Part shown: positions 44,801 through 47,060 of the stretch, one piece after another
Layout of the letters: each line of letters begins with the position of its first letter
Numbering within the stretch: the stretch's first letter is position 1
Source of the DNA: Raillietiella orientalis
Taxonomy: Eukaryota
DNA: 47,060 nucleotides
Assembly (NCBI GenBank): GCA_036172245.1
Contig: JAYWIR010000118.1
Coordinates: 62,001-109,060 of the forward strand
Direction of reading: 5' to 3'
The notes under the pieces: generated by a model
What the model was told of the DNA's origin: nothing
Database searches by the model: none
Seen by the model: only the letters and a program-made list of their open reading frames with translations
Translations under genes and position numbers: made by a program

Positions 44801-46368
44801 AGAAAATCTCTGCTGTTGGCTACGCCCTCTCCGAAGCCGCGCGGAAGCTGGTGCAAGGGAAACCGTCAGGAGAACTCGCGGACCGATCTTTTCAGGTCTT
44901 TCCAGTCCTCGAGCTCATTTATGGCAAAGCCGAGGAGGTACTGGCGAAGATGGTCAGCCGCCACAGGTTGGCTTAGTCAGTCTGCCGGCATCATCCAAAA
45001 ACAGTTTGGAGGCCCTCTGCCTGGCGGGAGCAACTCGAACTCGAGCCTGTTGTGGTCTGAAAGCACGGACGGCACGGGACATCTCCGACCCACTCGACAG
45101 AGCGAGTGTTTATCAAGGTATACGTGGTCCGGCGTTGCTGCCATAACAGGGTCGCTAGCGAACAAGTTGCACGCGTGCACGGACGCGCACATCTCTTCCG
45201 GTAGCAACTTTTCCCTTTTGAGGGATCTATTCTCGGAAAGCAATTGGACGTTAAAGTCCCCGCGATGAGATGGGCTACATTTTGATGAGATCGAGTGAGC
45301 CAATGGCTTTGAAGGGTTCCGAAGAACTCAATCCTTTCAACCCATCGTCCAGCACCGCTCAGCGCGTACACGTTGGTTACGACAAGGTCGATCGAGTCGG
45401 ACCACTTGAGTACAAGCTGTCCCACTCGGCCTTCCGTGTCAAAACTAACGCTGCGCACCGCGCTCGCCAAGGTTCCTCGCACGAGGAAAGCGACGCCGCA
45501 CGTACGTGCAACGCCGCACCTATAAAGTAGCATTTCGCCCGCGCGCCGTTCGATTTCGGCAGCCTGCTCTCCGGAGATGCTGTGAATCTCCTGCAGGAGC
45601 GTCAAGTAGAAGGCGCGCAGAGCGTCAGCCACAAGTCGCCTCTTCTCCTCGTGTTGGAGCCCGTTGACGTTCCAAGACGTTACGGCAACACGACGAGAAG
45701 ACGCGATTGCCCTCATCACGGCTGGGAAAGCGAGGCCGTAGTGCTCGCCTCACCCGGCGAGCGGGCAGTAAGCAGCACGACGGGCTGGAGGGCAAGGTCG
45801 CCACCGGCCTAAACTCTGCTGCACGTAATCGGGTGCTCCTTCCCGGGTGCAGAACCTGTGCGTTCCGGGGTGAGGACTCGCCGTTCCGCGGCTTGTGTGT
45901 CACGCCTCAGGGCTTCAGCCCTGCGGGCGCTCGCTCCCGAGCGAGTGACGCGTCGTTCAGCAGCGTTATCGGACTTCTTTGCGAAGTCTGATGCTCGCAC
46001 GATCGACGTGCGCTTGCATCCGTCCGATTGTACAGGAATCGTCTTCTCGGCGGTCACATAAGCGGACTTGCTTGCGTTCAAGACACTGGCTTTTTCCTTG
46101 GAAGAGTCACAAGCCGAGCGTGTTTTCGTAATTCCGCGACTGCTTTTTCCTTTGGAAGAGCTCAGGGATAGAGGTTGTGGAGCTGTTTTTGCGGATTTTT
46201 CTTTCCTCCTCTCCACAAGCTTCCATTCGCCTTCGCGATTTTTGGAGGCTTCCGCGACAAGGGTTGCCGAAACCTCCGGGATTTCCGCTGCGTTCTCGGG
46301 GGGCGTTGCTTTCGCTACGACTTTAAAAGGCGGCAACGGAGTCACCTTCTTGACAGTCAAAAGATCGC
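41793..46368 (-). mobile_element. Element P: 5'-truncated or interrupted LINE (ORF1 tail, whole degenerate ORF2, 3' end)
   Basis: TGATG at 45714-45718; WNVNGL, LQEIH, GDFN, SDH, AAYADD and CLTCGEIESFPHFLLDC. Stem-loop at 41793-41822. Confidence 0.92.
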
Positions 46369-47060
46369 TCCGCTCCCGATGCTCCTCGGAGCCCGAGGCA
46401 ATGGTCCTCGACTCCACCGAGCCGGCCGCGAGCGGCGCGGCGGGGACAGGAAGCGCTTGCGCTACCTCATCCGCCGTGCTCCCGGCTGATGCCTCGCCGG
46501 ACGGGGCGAGGAACGCACCTCCATGTCCGTAGCAGCAATGCGCGGTCTCGCTTCTTCCCGTCGCGTCCGAGTGGCCTGTTGGAACGTCAACGGGCTGCAG
46601 GACAACGAGAAGAGGCGATTGGTTGCCAACGTCTTGCGCGACTTCGATCTGGCCCTGCTGCAGGAGATTCACGCACTCTCCGAGCAGCAAGCGGCCGATC
46701 TGCAAGTTCGCGCAGGCGGGACGCTCCATTGGAGGTCAGGCTCCCAGAATACCTGCGGAGTCGCATTCCTTGTCCGGGGCAGGGTGGCGGGAGGGGTGCG
46801 GAGCGTTTGTTTCGACGAGGAAGGTCGTGTGGGCCAACTTGTTCTCAAGTGGTCCGAATCGATCAACCTTGTCGTCACGAACGTGTACGCGCCGAGCGGC
46901 TCCGCGCGTCACACCGAGAAACTGGAGTTTTTCGAGAGACTGCGCGACCGCTGCCTCAGCAACTCCGGCCCCGACGTGGCTCACCTCGTAGCCGGGGACT
47001 TCAACGTCCACGCGCTATCGGAGGAGTCTCACCGTCGCCGGGAGAAACGGCTGGTGAACG
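46369..47060 (+). mobile_element. Element Q: ORF1 tail and endonuclease, close inverted copy of element F; runs off the window
   Basis: Near-identical to the reverse complement of ~10875-11558; WNVNGL, LQEIH, NVYAP and GDFN. Confidence 0.92.

Noticed and set aside
45809..46729. 306-aa minus-strand ORF
   Set aside because: Chimera of antisense Q and the real ORF1 tail of P across the 46369 junction.

Overview
The window is eukaryotic repetitive DNA. Apart from one ~0.9 kb island, it consists of about 17 nested or abutting pieces of L1/Tx1-like non-LTR retrotransposons from several diverged subfamilies, in both orientations. Each element has an ORF1 with two CCHC zinc knuckles and an ORF2 with APE endonuclease, reverse transcriptase and a C-terminal CCHC finger. 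No ORF2 is intact; one ORF1 is (29578-31500). The notable signal is an apparently self-targeting LINE system. (i) All ten 3' ends finish in AATAAA plus a conserved GC stem-loop, with no poly(A) tail. (ii) Related elements have landed at the same nucleotide of unrelated host copies (10337/35540 and 14882/39872). (iii) Two ~5.9 kb full-length copies sit in tandem inside the endonuclease GDFN codons of a third element, with a 9-bp TSD present three times; that element is itself inside a fourth, with a 10-bp TSD. (iv) The endonuclease is ~17 aa shorter than L1 EN where the target-reading hairpin loop lies. (v) ORF1 and ORF2 are joined by a TAATG stop-start overlap and flanked by conserved splice-site-like motifs. 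Element letters (A-Q) are my own labels. The host organism cannot be determined from the sequence.
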